Shown piece by piece: positions 37,231-46,029 of a stretch of 64,000 bases of DNA. The notes under the pieces were generated by a model. It saw nothing but the letters and a program-made list of their open reading frames with translations, ran no database searches and was not told where the DNA came from. The DNA is from a virus: positions 64,001-128,000 of IMG/VR virus record IMGVR_UViG_3300027741_000027; one strand, 5' to 3'. The number at the start of each line of letters is the position of its first letter. Within the stretch, counting starts at the first letter, position 1. The translations under genes were made by a program, and so were the position numbers.

Positions 37231-39895
37231 TGTTATATTGTTTCATGATGCCATGAATCTGATCAATTAGGCCGCGCTCTTCAATCATCTTATACGAAAT
37301 GTTAGATGGGGAGAAGTCGCCCTTGCCCTGTTCCATGTCATTCTTTCTTCTTCTATGAAGTTGATTATAGTATTGAACTGCTTTGAATGGTTCGTAGCGA
37401 ATAAGTCCCTCCATCTTATCAGCATTCTCAAGAGCAATCGTATGAACTTCATTCATTTCTTTAATTACATTGCGAGAGCGTTCCTTCTCTGGAGGAACAA
37501 TCCAAGTGTCAGTTGACAGATCATATGCTGACCTAAGACCGGGCTTGTAAAGATCGGTTTTCTCAAAACCCTCTGCAACTACATAGCATTGTAGTGGGTG
37601 ACCGGTACCCGGAACAGGAATGTTATCGCACTCGTCCATCATAATAGCAATCATCTCTGCCCTTGACCACTCAGGAAACTTATCGGCATTAACAAACAGT
37701 GAAACATCAAAGTCTGATGCGGGTGAATACTGATACGTTGTAAGGCTACCTGTAACAATTAGCTCAAGCCAATCTTCCATGTGAGTATAACCATTGTGAT
37801 CTAATGCTTCAATAATAAAATTAGTTACCCAGCTATTGATCTCTGGGCGCAAAACGGGGTTAGGGGCATAAGCGTCATCCCAAACCTTTGGATCAAGCTG
37901 ATCGCTAACTTCATCAAGGATGTTAGCTTTCCTTCTAAACCATTTAAGGAAGCGCTTACCAAATCGACCTAATTGATTATCATAATTTTCAGGATCGCTC
38001 CATGGAACAATTTTGTCTGCTTTTGGACCGAGGGTGCTGTTTTCCCATTGCTCTGTAGCAATTTCGTTCCATACATTGCGTATTTGTTCTCCTTCTGTTT
38101 CTCCGGGAACCTCAATGCCTTCACGCTCTCGCATTTCAATACGCCTTTGCACATCTCTCTCTTGATCTTCCGTTGGAGCAATAGGACCAAATAACTTATT
38201 TTGATCAAGATTGGGTTTAGCTGGATCAGGTTCATTAGGATCAATATAGTTGTGACCCAGAAGCTGATCTGCATAACGAAACTCAGGAACTCTTGCCCAT
38301 TGCTGAGCTTCTGAAAGGTAGCTGTTAGGATCGTAATAACGAGCTTCAAACTCTGGATAAAGTTGTTCTTTAATATAATCATTTACTTCAGCTACAAAAT
38401 CATCGTAATACGATCTGTCTCGATACATCATGCGGTCAGGAGTAAATTCATCTGCCTTTTTTGCAAGCTCGGGTAATTTATCAATTGAACCAGTTGTTGA
38501 TCCCCATTGCCTTAAACTTTTAAATGCATAGTCAATAATTTCTTCCCAATTATCACGACGAATGAATTCTCTATCGTATTTAGTGCAATAGCCTTCGCCA
38601 TCGGGATCATGCAAGTATCCATGTTCTTGATCATCTGGGAAATAATCTTCCCAATTGCGGGTAGGTGTAACTTTTTCATGTTGATATTCAGAGTTGCCGT
38701 AATCAATGTTCTCTTCGTCAAAGTCTTGTGGATTAATCCAAATTTGTAACTCTTGCACGGTTTTTGGCGCTGGAATCCAAATTTCTTGAACGGTGCGCTC
38801 ATAACCCGGAGGATTATCCATGCTAATCAACCAGTCGCCAACCATCTCACGATACTTAGGCACAAGCATTTTATTTTCTTTGCCTTGAATCTGCACAACA
38901 TTGCCACCATCAGGGGTAACTCTTGTCAAATGATTAGCGAGAGTCTCATCTGATAACTCATCCCTACTACGACCTTCAAGAAAAGCGCGAACGACTTGCA
39001 CTAGTGGTTTATACTCAAGGTTATTGGCTTCGCAAAGGTTAGTTAGAAATTTTCCAAATTCCTCATTGCTAACGCCAGTGTCTTTATAAGCTTTAATTGC
39101 CGCCCAATCATGACCAACAAAATTAATTAATTTAATGTCTCGTTTAAGTTCTTTAAGAACTGCCTCATTACGTTTGGCTGTTTCTAAAGCATTAGGATCA
39201 TGCCTGTCGGGTTCGTCAGTATATTCGTCATCTTCCCATTGATAATCATATCCTACTTCGACAGGATCAATTTCAATGGTTCCATGAGGTTGATTCTTAG
39301 GATCACGCAAAGAATAAATAAGCGTGTGGCCATTTTGAATTTGACCGCCATATCCGCCAACGCAATGACCCATAGCTTCACCCTCTTGTTTAGCCTCGTT
39401 AGCGTTAGTGATTTGTCGAATAGTCCAACCGTCATCAAGCTTGGCTACAACGGTGCCACCCTCTGTTTGAGCCTCATCCATCTTTGATGCAAGCTCGGCA
39501 TCCCATTCTGCCATTTTAGAAATAACATCTTCATAAGTAAGTTGCATAATATCCACGCCACGACGAGTGGGTGAATTAGAGGCAAACCAGTCAGCTAAAT
39601 GAGGAAGAAAAGCAGGATAAGCATTAAGCTCCTCGGGCTGGATTCGGCCCTTCTTTAATTCTCTCCAAATCCACGGAGCTAAAGGGTCAAGTTTTTCATT
39701 ACCTTCAACCTTCTTTTCAAGCCATTGAAATGCCATTTGCCCTTCTTCGCTTTTGAAGAATTTATCTTCGCGTTCACGAAGCCAATCGAGCTTTGCCCCT
39801 GCTTCTCTTTGAAGAGGTTGCGGAGTATATGGATCTTGGAACTTTCCAAATCCACAACGGCATGGTTCGCCGTTTGCGTTAAGATGAGGTTTCAT
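37223..39895 (-). CDS. PcfJ-like domain fused to a Pol-beta-type nucleotidyltransferase
   Basis: EGEAMGHCVGGY...IYSLRDPKNQPHGTIEI; C-terminal VTGSLTTYQYSPASDFDVSL (GS...DxD). Confidence 0.8.
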   Translation of the reverse strand: MKPHLNANGEPCRCGFGKFQDPYTPQPLQREAGAKLDWLREREDKFFKSEEGQMAFQWLEKKVEGNEKLDPLAPWIWRELKKGRIQPEELNAYPAFLPHLADWFASNSPTRRGVDIMQLTYEDVISKMAEWDAELASKMDEAQTEGGTVVAKLDDGWTIRQITNANEAKQEGEAMGHCVGGYGGQIQNGHTLIYSLRDPKNQPHGTIEIDPVEVGYDYQWEDDEYTDEPDRHDPNALETAKRNEAVLKELKRDIKLINFVGHDWAAIKAYKDTGVSNEEFGKFLTNLCEANNLEYKPLVQVVRAFLEGRSRDELSDETLANHLTRVTPDGGNVVQIQGKENKMLVPKYREMVGDWLISMDNPPGYERTVQEIWIPAPKTVQELQIWINPQDFDEENIDYGNSEYQHEKVTPTRNWEDYFPDDQEHGYLHDPDGEGYCTKYDREFIRRDNWEEIIDYAFKSLRQWGSTTGSIDKLPELAKKADEFTPDRMMYRDRSYYDDFVAEVNDYIKEQLYPEFEARYYDPNSYLSEAQQWARVPEFRYADQLLGHNYIDPNEPDPAKPNLDQNKLFGPIAPTEDQERDVQRRIEMREREGIEVPGETEGEQIRNVWNEIATEQWENSTLGPKADKIVPWSDPENYDNQLGRFGKRFLKWFRRKANILDEVSDQLDPKVWDDAYAPNPVLRPEINSWVTNFIIEALDHNGYTHMEDWLELIVTGSLTTYQYSPASDFDVSLFVNADKFPEWSRAEMIAIMMDECDNIPVPGTGHPLQCYVVAEGFEKTDLYKPGLRSAYDLSTDTWIVPPEKERSRNVIKEMNEVHTIALENADKMEGLIRYEPFKAVQYYNQLHRRRKNDMEQGKGDFSPSNISYKMIEERGLIDQIHGIMKQYNID

Positions 39896-41831
39896 TAGCT
39901 AACTTAGTTTTCTTTCCTTCAGCGTCAAGGAGGTTAATCCTCTTAACACTAAACTCTGGGTATTGATAATACCATAATGTCAAAATATGATTTACTGTGT
40001 AAGGCATAGTGGTCATGGTTGTAATGTTTACTGTGCCGCCCGGTTCATACATACCTTCCACAATGCCTGCGGGTGTAAACTTGCCGGGGATATCTGATGT
40101 GCGCTGGCCGGGGTGACCGACTGTAACCGTGTCTGCTGGGATATCGTAAATAAACGGAATAGGATCTGTAAGAACATCCTTAGGCTCTCTGGCCGCCATA
40201 TGAACCCATGTCTTGCCATCTACATTAACCCAACCACGACGACGAAGCACAGTGGCCTCCCAATCATGCGCAATGTGAGTCTCTAAGTAAGGGTGATGCC
40301 TTTTAACCTGATGCTCTAATGCAGAAAACACTCCACGGTTTCTAACTGCTGAATAGATCATCCTTAGCTTTTCATCCCTGACAGCAGCATAGCCAACGGG
40401 TGAGCCATGAAGATACGCTACATAAAACATATCGTCATCAGTGTAGCCAAACGCTCTAGTATATTTATCAAATGGGCCGTCAACCCTTGCAGCTTCTGTC
40501 ATGCCATAGACTGGCATCGTAGTTGGCTGCTGCTCAGTGAAGTGTGGTGGGTTAGTTTGATCCATGTCAAGCTCTGGAAATTTACCATCCTCAAGAACCT
40601 CGCCATCATCGCCATGCTCTTCCCTGCGATGCTCGCTAAACAAATGCCAATCGGGAAAAATCTCATCGCAGATAGGACACTTATGAACACCAAGCTCAGT
40701 CTCTGAATTGATTGGCGTATCGTCCTCTGCTTCGCCCTCTACAGGATTCATTGGTGGTCTTTTATCACTAGGTATACCAAGATCCTCCTGCTCCATTGTC
40801 TCATTGCGCTGAATAAGGTTATTTGAAGAACCGTAAAGTCTAATGCCCTGATCGCCTGCCCACTCAAATAACTGGGGTAAGACGGTTGTGTAAGCAGGAT
40901 TGATACGAGCCTTCTTGCCAATGATTTCAATGGTGCCATAAAGGGGTTTACCCTCGGCCTCTAAAGCAAGGACTGCATGAGAGGTTTTACCCATGTATAA
41001 ATGATTATTAGCCCAAACGTAGTTAAGCACTACAGGGCGCTTGGCTGGCTCTAAGCTCTTGCTTACGACTTGACCATGAATATCCTTAAGACCATTCCAC
41101 TTCCAACCAACCTGATCAGAGTAATCTTTAAAGATACGAGCCATTGACTTGAGGTTTACATTAGAGTAAACATCCCATGTTGCTTCATTATTAGATACGG
41201 TAACTGAACCGCTAGCCATTGGGCCAGAATGATCATTGCCGATATTTAAATGACGGGCAAGATCATCATGGTTAAACGTATCTTCTGGAGAGATTTCTAA
41301 TGATCCATTAGCATAAAAGAAGTTGTATGTACGAACGGGATCATCAGAACCATCAATGGCTGGTTCATCATGCCAATACTGCTGATCGTTGTCGCTTTGC
41401 CTCTGTGGTTCTTCACCGGGGAACGCATCGCTTGTCAAGCTGTCGTTAGAGACCTTTAAAGCGGTCTCTAAGTTATTAAAAATAAGATTAGCTCTCTTAC
41501 TAAAGATCTGAGTTCTTTTATTTAAAACGGGCTTATATGGCTTGTAACCATCATTGCTGGCATAAACAGGATTCCCTGAATGATTGCCAGTGATATCAAG
41601 AATATATGACTCATCTGGACTAAGCCAAGCAAAGTGTCCATTACGTTTACCAATAAAGCCGCCAAGCCTCTGTTGAAGCCAAGCGGCAGTAACATAACAT
41701 TGGCCGCCGCCCACTGACGCATTCTTAATCCATCGTGGGTAGCGAGTATCATCCGCCCAAGCCTGCGCAGCCGCAACCTTAAAGGCATCAATCTCACCCG
41801 GCGTAATTAATTTTGGATTCCAGTCCATCAC
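39879..41831 (-). CDS. 650 aa modular protein: YunG/papain-like domain, C2H2 Zn finger, GNAT-like domain
   Basis: GQCYVTA...GH...LDITG; CPICDEIF...HRREEH; YVAY..G.PVGYA....SAVRNRGVFSAL. Confidence 0.6.
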   Translation of the reverse strand: MMDWNPKLITPGEIDAFKVAAAQAWADDTRYPRWIKNASVGGGQCYVTAAWLQQRLGGFIGKRNGHFAWLSPDESYILDITGNHSGNPVYASNDGYKPYKPVLNKRTQIFSKRANLIFNNLETALKVSNDSLTSDAFPGEEPQRQSDNDQQYWHDEPAIDGSDDPVRTYNFFYANGSLEISPEDTFNHDDLARHLNIGNDHSGPMASGSVTVSNNEATWDVYSNVNLKSMARIFKDYSDQVGWKWNGLKDIHGQVVSKSLEPAKRPVVLNYVWANNHLYMGKTSHAVLALEAEGKPLYGTIEIIGKKARINPAYTTVLPQLFEWAGDQGIRLYGSSNNLIQRNETMEQEDLGIPSDKRPPMNPVEGEAEDDTPINSETELGVHKCPICDEIFPDWHLFSEHRREEHGDDGEVLEDGKFPELDMDQTNPPHFTEQQPTTMPVYGMTEAARVDGPFDKYTRAFGYTDDDMFYVAYLHGSPVGYAAVRDEKLRMIYSAVRNRGVFSALEHQVKRHHPYLETHIAHDWEATVLRRRGWVNVDGKTWVHMAAREPKDVLTDPIPFIYDIPADTVTVGHPGQRTSDIPGKFTPAGIVEGMYEPGGTVNITTMTTMPYTVNHILTLWYYQYPEFSVKRINLLDAEGKKTKLANETSS

Positions 41832-42028
41832 ATATTATCTATGCGTTTTTGATGCGTGGCTAGTGCCATCTCTAGTTCTTGCTCATCACAAACGGGGCAT
41901 AAAAACACAGGAAGGCCTTTATTATTAAATACCTCGCTTTGAGTTACCTCTGTAGGAAGGCGTACAAGCTCGCGTGGATCACGCGCTTCACGCTTACGAC
42001 TAGACTTACAACCATTACATGTTGGCAC
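41828..42028 (-). CDS. small Zn-binding protein
   Basis: GAGGAGG RBS before GTG 42028; CNGC...CPVC. Confidence 0.65.
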   Translation of the reverse strand: MPTCNGCKSSRKREARDPRELVRLPTEVTQSEVFNNKGLPVFLCPVCDEQELEMALATHQKRIDNM

Positions 42029-42257
42029 GACTTGCCTCCTCACAGCCGACTCCACAAGTGAAGCCTTTACCAAACTTTCTAGCCGGTCTAAGACATTTCG
42101 TGCAGCGATTCTCACCATTAGTGCAGCGAGCATACTTAGAATAAGGCGCTGCATAAACTTTGCCCCCGCAGGGACAATCAACTTCGTTTTTAATTGGTTT
42201 ATCATTATGAATAACCTTAGTGATTCTTTGTCCTCTACCGTCCTGACTCATCTTCAT
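42015..42257 (-). CDS. Cys-rich small protein
   Basis: CPCGG...C...CTKC...C...C; coupled to the upstream stop. Confidence 0.55.
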   Translation of the reverse strand: MKMSQDGRGQRITKVIHNDKPIKNEVDCPCGGKVYAAPYSKYARCTNGENRCTKCLRPARKFGKGFTCGVGCEEASRANM

Positions 42258-42756
42258 CCTTATTTTCTTTTTGATTATACAATTCTTCTAATTGCTCTGC
42301 AACGTATTCATCAAAAATGCTGCTGGCAACACTAATAATTTCAGCCTCAATCATATTCATCTTTTCAATATCAAAATACTCACCGACAACGGAAACCTTA
42401 TAATAATCTTTTTCGTCGTCAGTTTTCTTGTTGAGAGAAAACATCATAAAGGCTTCGCCGGATAAAGCTAGGTCTGTTGCTTTGCGAATTGCATCAATAT
42501 ATTCCTCTGCTGTGCTACCGCCGTCATGAAGAACTTCAAAGTGCGATTCAAAAACCCACTTGTCTCTTTCTCCAGCATAGTTTGGATGACCTTCGTCCCA
42601 TGTAATAAAAATCATTGGGAATCCATCGTCTACTTTGCGATCCTTTACCCAGCCGGTAGAACCTGCTGATACACCACGATAAAAATCGGTATCAGCAAAC
42701 TCGCCCTTCAACTGAACATAGGAGTCGATTAAGATTTTATTTTTTGAATCAGACAT
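42235..42756 (-). CDS. hypothetical protein
   Basis: Start refined to MSDSK, overlapping the upstream stop. Confidence 0.7.
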   Translation of the reverse strand: MSDSKNKILIDSYVQLKGEFADTDFYRGVSAGSTGWVKDRKVDDGFPMIFITWDEGHPNYAGERDKWVFESHFEVLHDGGSTAEEYIDAIRKATDLALSGEAFMMFSLNKKTDDEKDYYKVSVVGEYFDIEKMNMIEAEIISVASSIFDEYVAEQLEELYNQKENKDEDESGR

Positions 42757-43009
42757 CAGCAAACCTCTTAGCAACTTCAGAAATGCTATTGACTTCTTCT
42801 TTTTTAATTGACATAAATGCCTTAAGAGGGCCATCAATCCTACGAGTCATAACATAAAGAAATGTGCTAATCGACAATCCCTTTGTAACCTTAAAAGGCC
42901 AAAGTAATCCAGCAAAGGTCATAAGGAATACGTCAATGTCTGTTTTAATAGCATTAGCCAATCCCTTAAAAACGCTCTTGGCAAAATCCTTAAAATTTAC
43001 CTCATGCAT
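42749..43009 (-). CDS. hypothetical protein
   Basis: 86 aa, coupled. Confidence 0.6.
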   Translation of the reverse strand: MHEVNFKDFAKSVFKGLANAIKTDIDVFLMTFAGLLWPFKVTKGLSISTFLYVMTRRIDGPLKAFMSIKKEEVNSISEVAKRFADV

Positions 43010-43260
43010 CGGTAAACCTCATCTCTAGCTTCTTCAATAAGCCTAGTCGCCTGCAAATTGTTGCTATGAATCAAAGCTTCATCTAGCTTGCGATAAATGC
43101 CTTCAAGGTCAAGGTCTGAAGTTGCAGCAATACGCTCTGCCCGCTCAATAACCTTGCCTAGATCTTCATCATCCTCAATTAGCTTTAGTTGACTAGCAAT
43201 AGTCGCCGCCTGCTTAAACGCCGACTCTTTAACAAAATCTGTGCCTTCAAGTTTACTCAT
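42997..43260 (-). CDS. hypothetical protein
   Basis: Start refined to MSKLE (GAGGA RBS). Confidence 0.7.
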   Translation of the reverse strand: MSKLEGTDFVKESAFKQAATIASQLKLIEDDEDLGKVIERAERIAATSDLDLEGIYRKLDEALIHSNNLQATRLIEEARDEVYRCMR

Positions 43261-43501
43261 CTGTTTCCTCGTTTTCTTCATCTGCAATGATAGCAAGATT
43301 AATATAATTTTCAACCTTAGCAACCGCACCCTGTAGTGCCTTTGTCATAGGACTAGGTTGTGGGCGATTGTTAAGCTTACGATACTGCTCTGATAGGTCC
43401 ATTGTCTCGTTCTGATAATAAGCTGACGACAGTGCCGCCCGCATAATCTCAAGATCAGAAAGAAGAACTGATACCTGTGGGATTTCATCTATTTTACTCA
43501 C
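43253..43501 (-). CDS. hypothetical protein
   Basis: 82 aa, coupled. Confidence 0.7.
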   Translation of the reverse strand: MSKIDEIPQVSVLLSDLEIMRAALSSAYYQNETMDLSEQYRKLNNRPQPSPMTKALQGAVAKVENYINLAIIADEENEETDE

Positions 43502-44133
43502 GAACCTATTGCCTTCATAACTTTGTCATTAATAATTTCATCAGCGATACGATTAAAACAATTTCTTACAGTTCCACGAAGCTCATCTCTAGTGCCATTG
43601 TTATCAATGACTAGATCCCAATTGGCATCTAAATCTTGTTCAGAAGCATGACCTGTCTTATCGTCCCGTGTATTCCTGCGTACCTTCCAGATCTCGCCAC
43701 CGGACTGAACTACGCGAGTAATTTCATTTTGATAACGAACATCAGGGATCACAAGAACGTCAGCATTGCGAATAACACCACTAGCCATTAGCCTAGGAAA
43801 ACTAGGATCTGGGATAACAGCATCAACCCAAAAATCCTCACCGAACATATTCCTATGAGCCTCCGTTCCGTAATTCTGTAGGAACTGACGACCAGAAATC
43901 ATACCAAAAGGCGACTTAACCTGACCTGACTCTTTGATCCTATCCATCTTTGCAATCAGTTTAGCATCATTATCATCTGGACCCCCAAGGCCCAAAGCCA
44001 AGGCAGCAGAAACCTTAAGGGCATCTGCAAAACCTTGACGTTGAAACTTAATCGTTGGGAATTCTTCTAAAAGAATTTGATAGATGGTGTCCTTACCACT
44101 ACGCGATGAGCCATGAATACCAATAATCTTCAT
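43498..44133 (-). CDS. deoxynucleoside monophosphate kinase
   Basis: IIGIHGSSRSGKDT P-loop, FADALK, RQFLQNYGTEAHR...FWV, DVRYQNE, HASE. Confidence 0.9.
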   Translation of the reverse strand: MKIIGIHGSSRSGKDTIYQILLEEFPTIKFQRQGFADALKVSAALALGLGGPDDNDAKLIAKMDRIKESGQVKSPFGMISGRQFLQNYGTEAHRNMFGEDFWVDAVIPDPSFPRLMASGVIRNADVLVIPDVRYQNEITRVVQSGGEIWKVRRNTRDDKTGHASEQDLDANWDLVIDNNGTRDELRGTVRNCFNRIADEIINDKVMKAIGS

Positions 44134-44333
44134 TATCGAACGGTATCCTCTACATCCGTAGGCTCAGAGGCATTATTAACATGCATGTAAAGATCAACGT
44201 GCATCTTTGCAACAAGCTCAATAAGAGCCTTAAGATCCTCCATAGTCTTGTGCATCCTAGCATCAAGGCTACCAAGCATATCGCTTACATACTGCGGGTC
44301 AATTTCTGTAATCTCATCATTTGTTTTACTCAT
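44133..44333 (-). CDS. hypothetical protein
   Basis: Start refined to MSKTN via ATGAGTAA overlap. Confidence 0.65.
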   Translation of the reverse strand: MSKTNDEITEIDPQYVSDMLGSLDARMHKTMEDLKALIELVAKMHVDLYMHVNNASEPTDVEDTVR

Positions 44334-44586
44334 TGTTTGCTCCATACTTTTGTTCAATTAACTGATCTACGCGAGCCTGAGCAAGTTCCTGTAGATCGGC
44401 GTCAAGCTTTTGCTGCTTCTCTTTGCGAAGTGCAGCAACCTGCTCGGCAGTCCAATCCTCGGGAATTGACCACTTCTCTGACTGCGAAAAGTGATAATCC
44501 TCAGAATACTCAAACTTAATGATTTGTACCTTACCGCCAACTGAAGAAGATACTGTAATCTCCAGCGGCGTGGCCTCGGCACTCAT
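44326..44586 (-). CDS. hypothetical protein
   Basis: 86 aa, coupled. Confidence 0.7.
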   Translation of the reverse strand: MSAEATPLEITVSSSVGGKVQIIKFEYSEDYHFSQSEKWSIPEDWTAEQVAALRKEKQQKLDADLQELAQARVDQLIEQKYGANNE

Positions 44587-44756
44587 GCTCTTGTAACGCT
44601 TACAGCGTACTTTTCACGCTGCGCAATATACGTAATGCTGTCCGCAATCTCATTTGCGACAACATCCGAAATTGGAGCGCCTGACATATCATAAACCACG
44701 ACGCAAACTGACTGCTTGCGTGTATGTGGATTGTCCTTCTTCTTTACTTTACTCAT
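44583..44756 (-). CDS. hypothetical protein
   Basis: Start refined to MSKVK via overlap. Confidence 0.65.
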   Translation of the reverse strand: MSKVKKKDNPHTRKQSVCVVVYDMSGAPISDVVANEIADSITYIAQREKYAVSVTRA

Positions 44757-46029
44757 AACGGGTATCTCCGTAATACAGCACACCATTAACATAGGTGGCT
44801 AGATCGATTTTAAATTTACCATCTGGCCAAACTCGCGCAGTTGCGAAACCATTTAACCAGTCAGGAGCCACAGCGTAGCCAAGGCCTCCTTCAACACGAC
44901 ACATACAACCTGTTTCAACACCAGTAATCGTTGAAGGTTTACCATCAATGTCATGCTTAGTCTTATAGACTAGGCTCTGACGATGAGTATGACCAACAAC
45001 AGTACTATAACCAAGATGCTCAAGTGTTGCCAACGCAGATGCGCCAGAACCCTTACGAGCTACCCAACCATGCCTTGCAGCAAGATAAGGCGACACCTGA
45101 TACTGAGCATGCTTCCAATCACCATCAGGGCGAATGAACTCAATACCAAGCTCATCAAGACGCAGCAAATGCTCTACATCAAGAAGAGGATTTTCGGGAA
45201 TTTCATTACGGCCAACGCCACGGCGAATACCATAAAAATCCCTAAGGTTATCAATGACAGCCCTACGAAGGCGATAGTCATGATTACCTTCAAGTTTAAC
45301 CCAATTAGTAGACTCGCTGCTTTCTACATAATCACGAAGAATCTGATAACCGATATCGATGCATTCCTGAACACTTGAATCTTGCTCAGGGGTATCAGGG
45401 TGACGGCTAATCGTAGGTAGATCAATCGTATCACCAATTAGAACGCCACGACTAGGCTGATAATCAGCAAGCCACTGACAGAACTTCTCATGAAGGTCTT
45501 GATCATGGAAAGGAGCCTGCTGGTCACCAACAAAGACGACAAGCTCGGGCTTACCCTCACCCTTTTTAAATAGACCCTTAGACTTCTTGATCTGAGGCCT
45601 CTTGTAGTCGCTAGGAATACGAGCAGGGATAATTGCATCAAACGGTTCAATGCGAGTAAGCGTAATCCTAGCCTGCTTTGTTACGCCATCAGCGGTTTCC
45701 CTAATCGTAAAAGTGGGCTTCTCAATCTGCCATTCATTAGGATCAAGATTATGACTGGCAACTAATTCTTCAATGTCGTAAGTGTCATTGTAAACACTAG
45801 TTACAATGATTGCGCGATCTTGATCAACCTTAGTATAAGGCTGCTCAAAGCCAGAATCGGGTTTAATAACACCCCAACGCTTAATTGCCCTACGGACACT
45901 AGCCTCAGAAGTTTTAATTCCTAATTCTTTTTTAATTTTACGAGCAAGCTGAGTATTGCTAAGACCTTCTAAGGTCCACGCTTTAATCTTCGCTTGATGT
46001 GGATCCAGCGGACTGTTCTTTTGATTCAT
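44749..46029 (-). CDS. N-terminal HTH plus calcineurin-like metallophosphoesterase
   Basis: GLSNTQLARKI...SEASVRRAIKR HTH; GDQQ, GDTID, GNHD, HG, GHTH motifs. Confidence 0.85.
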   Translation of the reverse strand: MNQKNSPLDPHQAKIKAWTLEGLSNTQLARKIKKELGIKTSEASVRRAIKRWGVIKPDSGFEQPYTKVDQDRAIIVTSVYNDTYDIEELVASHNLDPNEWQIEKPTFTIRETADGVTKQARITLTRIEPFDAIIPARIPSDYKRPQIKKSKGLFKKGEGKPELVVFVGDQQAPFHDQDLHEKFCQWLADYQPSRGVLIGDTIDLPTISRHPDTPEQDSSVQECIDIGYQILRDYVESSESTNWVKLEGNHDYRLRRAVIDNLRDFYGIRRGVGRNEIPENPLLDVEHLLRLDELGIEFIRPDGDWKHAQYQVSPYLAARHGWVARKGSGASALATLEHLGYSTVVGHTHRQSLVYKTKHDIDGKPSTITGVETGCMCRVEGGLGYAVAPDWLNGFATARVWPDGKFKIDLATYVNGVLYYGDTRYE

